The notes beneath the pieces are model-generated. The model saw nothing but the letters and a program-made list of their open reading frames with translations. It was not told where the DNA came from and made no database searches. The position numbers were made by a program, and so were the translations under genes. From Chiloscyllium plagiosum (Eukaryota), in NCBI RefSeq assembly GCF_004010195.1, contig NC_057752.1:13294007-13355356 (forward strand): a stretch of DNA of 61,350 nucleotides, given 5' to 3'. Shown in pieces: positions 25,364 through 37,564 of this stretch; positions within the stretch are counted from its first letter, which is position 1; each line of letters starts with the position of its first letter.

Positions 25364-25790
25364 AGAGTCATAGAGTCATACAGCACGGAAACAGGCCCTT
25401 TGGCCCAACGTCCATGCCGACCCTAATCCCAAACTAAACTAGTCCCACCTGCCTGATCCTGGCCCATCTCCCTCCAACCCTTTCCTAGTCATGTCCTGAT
25501 CCAAATGTCTTTTAACATTGTAACTGTACCCACATCCACCACTTCCTCAGGAAGTTCATTCCACACATGAACTACCTTCGGGTGTAAGTAATTTACCCCT
25601 CGTGTCTTTTTTAAATCTCTCTCCTCTCACCTTAAAGATATGACCCCTAGTCTTGAAATCCCCCAACCGAGAGAAAATCCCTCATGGTTTTATAAACCTC
25701 TATCAGGTCAATTCTCAATCTCCTACACTCCAGTGAAAAAAGTCCCAGTGTGTCCTGAAAACTCAAACCCTCCACTCCCGGCATTTTGGA
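25364..25790 (-). mobile_element. CR1 3' end
   Basis: AGAGTCATAGAGTCAT tail repeat on plus; LFSLECRRLR motif on minus. Confidence 0.9.
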
Positions 25791-26649
25791 ATTAAAACTT
25801 AAAAACTGTCCATAACTACTTGGAGGTTCTGATACAGTGTCATAACACTCAGTCCCAATGTCTATTGTGGCAATGCATCTGGACCTAGTTGCTAACACGT
25901 AATAAATGGCATCTCCATTATGACAAATGCTTCTTCTCGTTAGACTAATGGTACTTTTCCTCTCCCAGTTTCAACCAACCAGGCCTGATAGATCCTGTTT
26001 CAGACCTCCGCAGTGAGTGTGAACTTGGAATTCCATGGATCTGGGACACTAGCCACAGTTTGAGATTGTATTGGGTGCCAGTGGTCTGTCGAAATGGATC
26101 CAATTGAGATTGGGCTAGAGACCAAATGGGCATCAGAGACTCCGTGAATAGAGTTGAAATTCCTGGTGGGTGAGGGGAAAGCATTTATTGTTTTAAAAAT
26201 GATGCCGGGAAGGCTAGAAGAGAGCTAAAGTACGTGCCCTGGCATTGCCGCCATAGAGACCAGACAGCATGAGGCATGGCGACAGGAAGGGGAAATTGTG
26301 AGCCACAGAAAGCAATTTAAAACGAAGTCGCAGACCCAGGAATGCCCCAAAGCCAGAATTCAAGTGGTAAAGGGGCAAATTAGAAACCTAAGCTGATAAA
26401 GTCAGGAGAAAAGGTAGGAGACTGTTAATGATGCAGAAAGGGAAGAGGTTCATTGCTTTTTAAATTGCGGTCAAGAAGAGAAGCATTCACTCAAACTGCA
26501 GACTGTGGGACTTATGTAGGAAAAGAAGCATGAAGCAATGGGAATCATTAGTAGCATTGCTGACAGAGAGAAGTCTGCAAAGTGCAGGATTTGCTCACTA
26601 AAGCTGCTCAGGAAATGGCAACAGTTCATTAAGACCAAAGTTGGAAGAA

Positions 26650-28042
26650 TTCATAGAGTCATACAGTATGGAAACAGATCTTTCGGCCCAACCAGTCCAT
26701 GCTGACCCTAATCTCAAACTAAACTAGTCCCACCTGCCTGCTCCTGGCCCATGTCCCTCCAAACCTTCTGTATTCCTGTCCTTATCCAAATGCCTTTTAA
26801 ACGTAACTGTCCCCACATCCACCACTTCCTCAGGAAGTTCATTCCACACACGAACTACTCCTTATGTAAAAAAAATTGCCTCTTCTGTATTTTTAAATCT
26901 CTCTTAAAAATGTGCCCCCAGTCTTGAAATCCCCCATTCTAGGGAAAAGACAACCACCATTAACATTATCTATACCTCTCATTATTTGATAAACTTCTAT
27001 AAGGTCGCTTCTCAACCTCTTACGCTCCAGTGGGAAAAGTCCCAGCCTATCTGGCCTTGCTTTATAACTCAAACCTTCCATACAAAGATCAAAGACAATT
27101 CCAGCACAGGAAAAGGCCCTTCGGCCCTCCAAGCCTGCACTGATCCAGATCCTCTATCTATACCTGTCGCCTATTTTCTAAGGGTCTGTATCCCTCTGCT
27201 CCCTGCCCAATCATGTATCTGCTAGATACATCTTAAATGACGCGATCGTGCCCACCTCTACCGGCAACACATTCCAGGCACCCACCACCCTGTGCGTAAA
27301 GAACTTTCCACGCATATCTCCCTTAAACTTTTCCCCTCTCACCTTGAGCTCGTGACCCCTAGTAATTGAATCTCTTACTCTGGGGAAAAGCTTCTTGCTA
27401 TCCACCCTGTCTGGACCTCTCATGATTTTGTAGACCTCAATCAGGTCCCCCTTCAACCTCCTTATTTCTAATGAAAATTATCCTAATCTACTCAACCTCT
27501 CTTCATAGCCAGCACCCTCCATACCAGGCAACATCCTGGTGACCCTCCTCTGCTCCCTCTCCAAAGCATCCACATCCTTTTGGTAATGTGGCGACCAGAA
27601 CTGTACGCAGTATTCCAAATGTGGCCGAACCAAAGTCCTATACAACTGTAACATGACCTGCCAACCCTTGTACTCAATACCCCGTCCGATGAAGGCAAGC
27701 ATGCCTTCTTGACCACTCTATCGACCTGCATTGCCACCTTCAGGGAACAATGGGCCTGAAAACCCAGGTCTCTCTGTACATCAATTTTCCCCAGGGCTTT
27801 TCCATTTACTGTATAGTTCGCTCTTGAATTGGATCTTCTAAAATGCATCACGTCACATTGTCCGGATTGAACTCCATCTGTCATTTCTCTGCTCAACTCT
27901 CCAATCTATCTATTTTCTGCTGTATTCTCCAACAGTCCCCTTCACTATCTGCTACTCCACCAAACCACCAGTCCATACCCGGCAACATCCTGGTAAATCT
28001 CTTCTGAACCCTCTCCAGCTTAATAATATCCTTCCCATAACT
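26650..28042 (-). mobile_element. CR1 3' end with a second CR1 subfamily nested at 27084-27971
   Basis: TCCATAC duplicated at 27077-27083 and 27972-27978; both parts encode RT C-terminal motifs. Confidence 0.88.
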
Positions 28043-28209
28043 TCTAGAAAAGCAGCAAAAATGATGGCAATCATTCATTTTACTTGCAAAAGGTAGAATT
28101 CCTCCACTTGGTTGAAAAACAGAGGAATCTTCCAATTTGACTGCGCAAACATCGGAAAATCTCCCAGTACAGCAGTAGCATTGTTATGCTGCAGAATTAA
28201 ATACCTTTA

Positions 28210-28764
28210 GGGTGGGTTGGCCGTGCTAAATTGTCCCATAGTGCCCAGGGATGTGCAGGTTAGGGTGGATTGGCCGTGCTAAATTGTCCCATAGTGCCCA
28301 GGGATGTGTAGGTTAGGGTGGGACTGGCCATGCAAAATTGTCCCATAGTGCCCAGGGATGTGCAGGTTAGGGTGGATTGGCCATGCTAAATTGTCTCATA
28401 GTGTCCAGGGATGGGCAGGTTAGGGTGGATTGGCCATGCTAAATTGTCCCATAGTGCCCAGGGATGTGCAGGTTAGGGTGGATTGGCCATGCTAAATTGT
28501 CCCATAGTGCCCAGGGATGTGCAGGTTAGGGTGGATTGGCCATGCTAAATTGTCCCATAGTGCCCAGGGATGTGCAGGTTAGGGTGGATTGGCCATGCTA
28601 AATTGTCCCATAGTGCCCAGGGATGTGCAGGTTAGGGTGGATTGGCCATGCTAAATTGTCCCATAGTGCCCAGGGATGTGCAGGTTAGGGTGGATTGGCC
28701 ATGCTAAATTGTCCCATAGTGCCCAGGGATGTGCAGGTTAGGGTGGATTGGCCATGCTAAATTG
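28210..28764 (+). repeat. 53-bp tandem array (about 10.5 units) derived from the HE1 SINE body
   Basis: Unit GGGTGGATTGGCCATGCTAAATTGTCCCATAGTGCCCAGGGATGTGCAGGTTA; SINE sequence resumes at 28904-29020. Confidence 0.97.
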
Positions 28765-28903
28765 GCACAGCCCCTTCTTCATGAAGAAGGGCCTGTGCCC
28801 GAAACGTCGAATCTCCTGTTCCCTGGATGCTGCCTGACCTGCTGTGCTGTTCCAGCAATAAAGTTTCAACTTTGATCTCCAGCATCTGCAGACCTCACTT
28901 TCT
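28765..28903 (+). mobile_element. Family A short element with 5' fold-back
   Basis: TSD CCATGCTAAATTG (28752-28764, 28904-28916); TGAAGAAGGGC(CTGT)GCCCGAAACGTC. Confidence 0.88.
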
Positions 28904-29059
28904 CCATGCTAAATTGTCCCATAGTTCCCAGGGATGTGTAGGCTAAGTGCATTAGTCAGGGGTAAATGCAGAGTAATGGGGTAGCGGAATGCGTCTGGCT
29001 GGGTTACTCTTCAGAGGGATATTCAGATACTCTTCAGAAGGATTTTTTTTCTATTATTA

Positions 29060-29785
29060 TTTTTAAATTCTTTATTTTTCTACAGTTTCTTCAGGAATTT
29101 AGAATAGTGGGAATGGAGTTTAGGGCAGTTGAATGTTGCTCTTGCAGAATGTGGGAGGTAAAGGTCACCACTAATGTCCCTGCTGACTACATCTGCGGGA
29201 AGTGCACCCAACCCCAGCTCCTCGGAAACCATGTTAGGGAACTGGAGCTGGAGTTGGATGAACTTCGGATCATTCGGGAGGCAGAGGGGGTTATTGAGAG
29301 GAGTTACAGGGAAGTAGTCATACCTCAGGTACAAGAAAAAGGCAAATGGGTTACAGTCAGGGGATGGAAAGGGAACCGGCAAGCAGTGCAGGGATCCCCT
29401 GTGGCCATTCCCCACAATACCAAGTATACTGTTTTCGGTACTGTTGGTGGGGACGACTTACTAGGGGTAAGCCATGGGTATAGGTCTCTGGTACAGAGTC
29501 TGTCCCTGCTGCTCAGAAGGGAAGGGGGGAGAGGAGCAGAGCATCAGTCATTGGGTACTCCATAGTTAGGGGGACAGACAGGAGGTTCTGTGGGAATGAG
29601 AGAGACTCACAGTTGGTGTGTTGCCTCCCAGGTGCCATGATGTCTCTGATCGTGTTTTCAGGATCCTTAAGGGGGAGGGGGAGCAGCCCCAAGTCGTGGT
29701 CCACATAGGCACTAACGACATGGGTAGGAAAAGGGATGGGGATTTAAGGCAGAATGTCAGGGAGCTGGGGTGGAAGCTTAGAGCT
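29060..29785 (+). mobile_element. CR1 ORF1 (Cys finger, coiled coil, SGNH-esterase-like), frameshifted and truncated
   Basis: MEFRAVECCSCRMW..YICGKC..RELELELDEL; VIGYSIVRG (GDS-like block), PQVVVHIGTND. Confidence 0.88.
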
Positions 29786-29789
29786 CTTT

Positions 29790-30439
29790 TATTGAGGTAT
29801 TTTAGGTATTGGAAGTGATTTCCTTGAATTCCAGGAGCACCAATTCCTGTTTTATATGCTGTTGCATTGTTTTGGAACTTTGGAAAAAAAGAAGTCAAAA
29901 CAACAGCAGTTTTAAAAGGCAGAGGAACAGACAAAGGAAGCACGTGGTGAGGCCAGTGCAGGAGAGAGAGAGAGAAAGAAACTGACACCACAGTGAACCT
30001 GCACAGTTCCTGCCTTTGCTGTTTGAATTCATGTATCACTGGACATTGGAATGCGTTTAGGAAAATTAACAAACAGTGAAATTCACAAGTGATCTTGGAG
30101 GAACTGTTTGGGCAAAGTGCACAGCACAGAAGCAGATAATGTATTGTTTTTTAGTGTGACCTACAGAAAGTCTGCAGTAGTGAGTAGAGTGGGTTCTTTC
30201 TTGATTATATGTTTTTTGAGATATGTCTCTTGATTAAACTTAAAATATAAGCCACAACTATTAATTTAACCGGGGTAGTGTTTTGTCGAGGAACAAGATG
30301 GTGTTATGTTCTCGGTCTGTAGATTGTGAAGGAGCAAAAATGGCCTTTAGTAGAGTGATATGTACTTCTTATCAGATGTGTGAGTTTAACGAGAGTTTAA
30401 GGGTTGCAGCAGATTATATCTGTAATAAATGCTGTTGGT
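29790..30439 (+). mobile_element. 5'UTR and ORF1 start of a second CR1 subfamily, cut by the gap
   Basis: ATG 30340: MAFSRVICTSYQM.E......ADYICNKC parallels the ORF1 start at 29113. Confidence 0.7.
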
Positions 30440-30939
30440 NNNNNNNNNNNNNNNNNNNNNNNNNNNNNNNNNNNNNNNNNNNNNNNNNNNNNNNNNNNNN
30501 NNNNNNNNNNNNNNNNNNNNNNNNNNNNNNNNNNNNNNNNNNNNNNNNNNNNNNNNNNNNNNNNNNNNNNNNNNNNNNNNNNNNNNNNNNNNNNNNNNNN
30601 NNNNNNNNNNNNNNNNNNNNNNNNNNNNNNNNNNNNNNNNNNNNNNNNNNNNNNNNNNNNNNNNNNNNNNNNNNNNNNNNNNNNNNNNNNNNNNNNNNNN
30701 NNNNNNNNNNNNNNNNNNNNNNNNNNNNNNNNNNNNNNNNNNNNNNNNNNNNNNNNNNNNNNNNNNNNNNNNNNNNNNNNNNNNNNNNNNNNNNNNNNNN
30801 NNNNNNNNNNNNNNNNNNNNNNNNNNNNNNNNNNNNNNNNNNNNNNNNNNNNNNNNNNNNNNNNNNNNNNNNNNNNNNNNNNNNNNNNNNNNNNNNNNNN
30901 NNNNNNNNNNNNNNNNNNNNNNNNNNNNNNNNNNNNNNN
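30440..30939. other. Assembly gap (500 N)
   Basis: Run of N. Confidence 1.
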
Positions 30940-31364
30940 TTTTACTAAGGAGGGGAATGGGGAAAGGGCAGGAGAGTGGAGTTGGGGATTATCGGATTAG
31001 CCATGATGTCATTGAATGGTGGAGCAGAATTGATGGGCTGAATGGCCTCCTGCTGCTCCTATGGACTGTGTGGCATTGTCAGATTGGGTGCAGCTAATGA
31101 AACGGAACTCATAACTCAATTATCTCTTTCAGAGCCTTATATCACTCCCATTTCACCTCCTAACTCAGGCCCATAATCATCATTGAGTCTCTGATCACTC
31201 TTGGCTCTGACACACAGGAGGTCTCCCTTACTTCACAGCCACCATGCTGGGACAGACACCATACGCAAGCTGCCATCTCAGTTGAATGTGAATCCCACTG
31301 GTCTGGAACCCTTACCCGTGCTTTCTATTGTCTGGAGGAGCTGGGTGGAGGTGGCAGGGAGGGG

Positions 31365-31564
31365 TTGAAGAAAGCCGATGAAAACATGCAGAGCAAATGC
31401 AATAGCGCGCAAGGCACTTTGAGATGGTTTTAGGATTTTTTTTTAGATTAGATTAGATTACAATGTGGAAACAGGCCCTTCGGCCCAACTTGAAGAAAGC
31501 CGATGAAAACATGCAGAGCAAATGCAATAGCGCGCAAGGCACTTTGAGATGGTTTTAGGATTTT
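31365..31564. repeat. 75-bp direct duplication flanking a 50-bp HE1/CR1 tail
   Basis: Identical copies at 31365-31439 and 31490-31564. Confidence 0.95.
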
Positions 31565-31919
31565 AAGAGCTCTCCAATGTTTTTTCCACATTGTTTCAGC
31601 AAATTCAATACCTCAGCCTTTGGAACAACACCAGAAAAGAATTCCATGCTCAATGTCAAGTTCTCTTTTTGGCTTCCTCTCACTTCACCCAGCCTGTCTA
31701 AATTTCTCAGGACCTTCAACCCGAGACTTGCTTCGCAAGCAAAGAACTTGCATTTATGTAGCACCGTTCACGTCCCTGGGAAGCCCCAAAGCATTTTTCA
31801 GCCGATTAAGTAGCTTGGAAATGTGGCGGTTGTTAGGACCCAGAGAAGTGCAAATTTGTGCACAGCAAGCTCCCGTGGACAGCATAGTGAAGAAGGCATT
31901 TGGCAGACTTGCTCCTCCC

Positions 31920-32200
31920 TGCATCTAGTCTGTCCAGCCCTGACAAAAAACGGACATGTTTTCATCAGATTCCCTCTCCCCCTATGCTCTAGAGAATACA
32001 GGTTCAGTTGAACAAATTGCTTCCCCGCCATCCCCAGTACCAGTCTGGTGACTGTCCCCTGCACTCCCTCCAATGGCAAAGATATCCTTTCTTTGGTAGG
32101 GAGACCAGAATTGTACAGAATATTCCAAGTCTGGTCTCACCAACGCTCTGTATCAGTGCAGTAAGATATCCTGGCTCCTGGACTCAAATCCTCGAATGGT
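31920..32200 (-). mobile_element. CR1 fragment
   Basis: YRALVRPDLEYSVQFWSP..LEGVQ motif. Confidence 0.75.
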
Positions 32201-32214
32201 CAATATACCATTTG

Positions 32215-33470
32215 TCTTTTGATTTGATTTGGTTTATGATTAGACTAGATTAGATCAGATTCCCTACAGTGTGGAAACAGGCCCTTCAGCCCAACAAGTC
32301 CACACCAACTCCCCGAAGAGTAACCCACCCAGACCCATTCCCATACCCTATATTTACCCCTGACTAATGTACCTAACGCTACCTCAGTACAGTGAAAAGT
32401 TGTGTTTTGCACACAGTACAGGCAGATCATCCCATACAAAGTGTATTAGGGGAATAGGACAGAGCAAGGAATGCAAAGTTACAGCTGCAGAGAAGTTGCA
32501 CAAAAAGCAAATTCAACATTAGATTTGAAATTTGAGAGGGCCATTCAGAAATCTAATAGTAGCCGGGAAGAAGCTGTTCCTGAATCTGTTGGGGCCTGTA
32601 TTCAAACTTTTGTACCTTCTGCCCGATGGAAGAGGGTGGATGCGAGTGTATCCAGGGTGGGAGGGGTCTTTGCTGATGTTGGCTGCCTTCCCGAGGCAGT
32701 GGCAAGTGTAGACGGAGCCAGTGGATGGAAGGTTGGGTTGGGTGAGGGACTGGGCTGTGCTCACAGCTCCCTGTAGTTTGTTACAGTCCTGGGCAGAGCA
32801 GTTGCTGTACCAAGCCGTGATGCATCCGGATCTATGGTGCATCTGTAAAAGTTGATGAGGATCCATATGGACATGCTGCATTTCCTGAAGAAGGGCTTAT
32901 GCCTGAAACGTCGATTCTCCTGTTCCCTGGATGCTGCCTGACCTGCTGCGCTTTTTCAGCAACACATTTTCAGCTGCATTTCCTTAGCCCCCTGAGGAAG
33001 AAGAGGCTTTGCTGTGCCTTCTTGGCTAACACATCAATGTCGGAGGTCCAGGACACATTGGTGATCGTCACTCCGAGGAACCTGATGCTCTCGACCTCAG
33101 CTGCATTGATGTAGACAGGGGCGTGCCCTCCTCCTTACTTCCTGAAGTCGATGATCAGTTCTTCAGTTTGGCTGACGTTGAGGGAGAGCTTATCTTTCCA
33201 CCAAACATTCTATCTCCTTCCTGTATTCTGTCTCGTCACTGTTTGATACCCAGCCCACAGTGGTGATGTTATCAGCGAACATGGAGATGGAGCTGGGACG
33301 AAATGCGTCCACACAGACATGAGTGCATAGGGCGTACAGTAAGGGGCTGAGTCAGCATCCCTGTGGGGCACCAGTATTGAGGAGCTAGTTGCAGAGGGTG
33401 CAGCATTGACTTCGATCTTGGAATATGGAAATTAGTTTGGTTGGGATGATACTGTCGAAGGCGGAGCTTA
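32215..33470 (-). mobile_element. Rex1/Babar LINE 3' part, with HE1 tail (32238-32380) and family A insertion
   Basis: KELIIDFRK, SGCITAWYSNCSAQD..KLQ, LPSGRRYKS...RFRNSFFPA; (TCAAA)n tail; GAPQGC motif near 33355. Confidence 0.88.
32881..32972 (+). mobile_element. Family A short element with hammerhead motif (3'-truncated)
   Basis: CTGAAGAAGGGC(TTAT)GCCTGAAACGTC; GCTGCATTTCCT duplicated at 32875-32886 and 32973-32984. Confidence 0.88.
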
Positions 33471-33679
33471 TAGTCTAAAAGTAGAATTTCTGATTGCTTG
33501 CTGCCCCTGCTTGTCGAGTTTCATTGGCTGGTGTACCCAGATCCCTTTGGGCATTCACACTACCCCAACAGATCACCATTTAAGTAATCCTCTTCCATGC
33601 TGGTTTTCACACCAAAGTGTCGAAATTCACATTTATCCACTGCACTGGCCACGCGCTTGCTCAACTTGTAATGGAAGGG

Positions 33680-35910
33680 TCTGTAAAATGCTCAGTGTAA
33701 CTGCTGTACTCGAGAAAAGGGAGATAGAAGACAGGAAAGTACAGCCTCACCTCTGTTAGATGTTCGAAACTATTATGAAAGAGGTGAGAACGAGGCAGTG
33801 TTGGAAATTCTCGGTAATCAGGTCGAGTCGATACGGTTGTGTGAAAGGGAAATCAGGTTGAAGGAATTTACTGGAGTTTTTGAGGAAGTAGGCTGCTCAA
33901 GCTGGTGAATGCATTGCGCTTTGATTTCCAGTCGGCATTTGATAAGGTGGAAATCAAAGGTTACTGAAGGAAATACAAGCCCATGGTATAGGTGATAACA
34001 TCTTAGCAAGCAGAGAGCAGATTGGCTGGATAACAGCAAGCAGGGGGGGGAGGAGGAACAAATGGGTCATAGAGTCTTATGGTCAAACAGCACAGAAAAT
34101 AGACCCTTTGGTCTGACCAATCCGTGCTGAACATAATCCCAAACTAAACTAGTCCCACTTGCTTGCATAATCCCTCCAACCCTTTCCTATTCATGTCCTT
34201 ATCCAAATGTCTTTTAAACATTGTAACTGTCCCCACGTCCACCACTTCCTCAGGAAGTTCATTTCACACATGAACCACTCTCTGTGTAAAAAACAACCCT
34301 CGTGTCCTTTTTAAATCTTTCTCCTCTCACCTTAAAAATATCCTCCCCAGTCTTGAAATCCCCCATTCTAGGGGAAAACACCCTTATCATTCCCCTTATC
34401 TATATCCCTCATGATTTTATGAACCTTTATATTGACTTCAGGAAGGGAGGAGGAGAACACCCCCCCATCTACACCAACGGAATGGAGGCTGAGAGGGAGG
34501 ACAGCGACAAGTTCCTCGGAGTGACAATAACTGACAGTCTGTCCTGGTCTTCCCACGTATAGTCGATGTGACAGTCAAGGAGGTGTAATAATGTCTCCCC
34601 TTCCTCAGGCAGCTCAGGAAATTCAGCGTGTCCACAAGGACCCTCACCAACATCTCCAGATGCTCCACAGAAAGCAGACTGTCCAGGTACATAACGGCCT
34701 GGTACGGCAACTGCTCTGCCCAGGACCGTAACAAACTACAGAGGGTGGTGTGCACAGCCCAGACCATCACGAAAGCCAACCTCCCCTCCATGGACTCCAT
34801 TTACATGTGGTGGAAAGGCTGCCAACCTCATCAAAGACCCCTCCCACCCCGAGAATGCTCTCTGCAACCCCTTCCATCAGGCTGAAGAGACAGAAGCTTG
34901 AACACACTCCAGTAGGTTCGGGAACAGCTTCTTCCCGGCTGTTATTAGGCTACTGAATGGGCCTCTCTAACTTCAAATAATGTTGATCATTCCTAGCTCA
35001 CACCCTGTGCAGTGTAACTCTGTATGCTTCTCTCTGTCCATGCACCCTGTGATCTGTAAGTCCTTGCTTACCATGATCTGCCTGTACTGCTGACAAAACA
35101 AAGCTTTTCACTGTACTTAGGTACACGTGACTATTATAAATCAAATCAAATCAAATGGATATCAATAGGTTACTTGAGCGGGCAAAGACTTGACAAGTTG
35201 ACTATAACGTGAGATAGTGTGAGAAGGTGTCAATTTTGATAACAAGAACAAAAACAAAACCGCACAGTACCTTAAATACTGAGAGGTTGCAGAGCTCTGA
35301 GATGCGCAGAGAGATCAGTGCGTGGATCACAGAAGGTTAGGCTGCAGGTACAGCATGTAATCGGGAAAGCCAATAGATTGTGATGGTTTCTTGCGAGGGG
35401 AATTGAATACAAGAGTAGGGAGGTTATATTTCAGCTATACAGAGCAATGATGGGACCACATCTGGAGCACAGTGTACAGGACTGCATTTAAGGAAGGATC
35501 TAAATTCATTGGATGCAAATCCAAGAGGAGTTAGAACAATCTCGACGTGCAATTGCGAGGGTTTGGAAGAATAGGAGGCGATTTGATTGAAACATGTAAG
35601 ACTCTGATGGGCCTTGCCGAGGTGGATTTGGGAAAGATGCTACATGTGCGAATCTAGAATGAAGGGTTACTGTTTCAAATGCAGGGGTTAAAACAGGGGT
35701 GAGGGGAATTGATCTGTCAGGGGGTCAAGAGTCTGCCTCAAAGGTGATGGAAGCAAAGTCCTTGAATCTTTTTAATACAAAGACAGGTAGCTGGGTGAAA
35801 GATGATCAGGGATAGGTGGGAATGTGGAGTAATCAGCACAGCCATGATCTTATTGAATGGTAGAGCAACTTCAAGGGGCTAATTTCTAATTCTGTATGTT
35901 TCCATGTTTG
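33680..35910 (+). mobile_element. Old CR1 with younger CR1 3' end (34066-34427, minus) and Rex1/Babar 3' end (34428-35155, plus) inside
   Basis: Rex1 motifs IDFRK, KFLGVTI, ITAWYGNCSAQDRNKLQRVV; CR1 motifs on both flanks. Confidence 0.8.
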
Positions 35911-36075
35911 TTTAAGACCCCAGTGAATGCCAAATCGTTTCCTTACATTTCAGAGCTCTGACACAAGGAATGGTCCTTTGTGCATTTTCTTTGTTTTGTG
36001 AGAGTCTCAAACCCATTCCGGGTGAATGAGTCGAGATGATGACTTGAAGGAGCACATTGACACAACACTGACAAG

Positions 36076-36077
<2 letters not shown>

Positions 36078-36150
<73 letters not shown>

Positions 36151-36845
36151 NNNNNNNNNNNNNNNNNNNNNNNNNNNNNNNNNNNNNNNNNNNNNNNNNN
36201 NNNNNNNNNNNNNNNNNNNNNNNNNNNNNNNNNNNNNNNNNNNNNNNNNNNNNNNNNNNNNNNNNNNNNNNNNNNNNNNNNNNNNNNNNNNNNNNNNNNN
36301 NNNNNNNNNNNNNNNNNNNNNNNNNNNNNNNNNNNNNNNNNNNNNNNNNNNNNNNNNNNNNNNNNNNNNNNNNNNNNNNNNNNNNNNNNNNNNNNNNNNN
36401 NNNNNNNNNNNNNNNNNNNNNNNNNNNNNNNNNNNNNNNNNNNNNNNNNNNNNNNNNNNNNNNNNNNNNNNNNNNNNNNNNNNNNNNNNNNNNNNNNNNN
36501 NNNNNNNNNNNNNNNNNNNNNNNNNNNNNNNNNNNNNNNNNNNNNNNNNNNNNNNNNNNNNNNNNNNNNNNNNNNNNNNNNNNNNNNNNNNNNNNNNNNN
36601 NNNNNNNNNNNNNNNNNNNNNNNNNNNNNNNNNNNNNNNNNNNNNNNNNNNNNNNNNNNNNNNNNNNNNNNNNNNNNNNNNNNNNNNNNNNNNNNNNNNN
36701 NNNNNNNNNNNNNNNNNNNNNNNNNNNNNNNNNNNNNNNNNNNNNNNNNNNNNNNNNNNNNNNNNNNNATGTGAGTGTATGTGTGTATATGTGAGTGTGT
36801 GAGTGTGTGTATATGTGAGTGTGTGAGTGTGAGTGTGTGTGTGTA
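36078..36845. repeat. (TG)n microsatellite spanning a 618-N gap (36151-36768)
   Basis: Pure TG on the left, degenerate TG on the right. Confidence 0.97.
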
Positions 36846-37378
36846 TAGAAAAGGATAAATGATACTGCCACCCAGTTTGGTCCTTTCAGATAATATTGCA
36901 GGCTTGCTGCTTGCAGTTGAAGTGTCGTTTTGTTTTGGTTAGAAGGTTGGAGAGTTGAGTTCAGCACTTGCAATGGTTTCTGTAGCCGTATAGTTACTGT
37001 TTGTCTTTGTAGTTGGATCCAGGAGGTACAGCAGCTTCAAGGAGTGATTGAGGGACCTTTCTCTTTCATGGCTCTGCCGGATTGAGACTGAGAACTGCCT
37101 GGATTTCTCTTCAGCAGAACAGGTACGATTGCTGGGCACCTCCTCTGTAACGCTCAGAGAATACCCAATGTGCTGTTCACACTTATATCGATTGAGGGCA
37201 GTTTCTGGACCTGTCTTCACAAGTTCTCCTGTGATTTCAGCACAGAATGGCTGATTCCTGTCAGGCCATTCAAAACTCAAAATGGCTGTTGTTCCCAATC
37301 CGTCAAATTATGTTCAGTATGGGTTTGCCCAGATCTGGAACATTGTCTTATCCATTGCCCTGTCATTCAAGGTAATTT

Positions 37379-37498
37379 GAGGAGAAAGTGAGGTCTGCAG
37401 ATGCTGGAGATCAGAGCTGGAAATGTGTTGCTGGAAAAGCGCAGCAGGTCGCAACAGGAGAATCGACGTTTCGGGCATAAGCCCTTCTTCAGGAATCC
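37379..37498 (-). mobile_element. Family A short element with complete hammerhead motif
   Basis: Minus: GATTC-CTGAAGA-A-GGGC(TTAT)GCCC-GAA-ACGT-C-GATTC (37460-37497); CATTCAAGGTAATTT duplicated at 37364-37378 and 37543-37557. Confidence 0.9.
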
Positions 37499-37564
37499 AA
37501 GGTATTCCTGGTAATTTACGGTAATTTACTGACCATAGAGTCCATTCAAGGTAATTTACTGACC

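Noticed and set aside
28210..28764. Regular repeats resembling a CRISPR array
   Set aside because: Units are contiguous with no unique spacers, derive from a SINE, and the context is eukaryotic with no cas genes.
30283..31097. Long ORFs across N runs (also 35912-36973)
   Set aside because: Artefacts of assembly gaps and (TG)n.
34059..35158. CAAATGG on both sides of an adjoining CR1/Rex1 pair as a shared TSD
   Set aside because: The match is largely supplied by the Rex1 (TCAAA)n tail, and the host CR1 is not contiguous across it.
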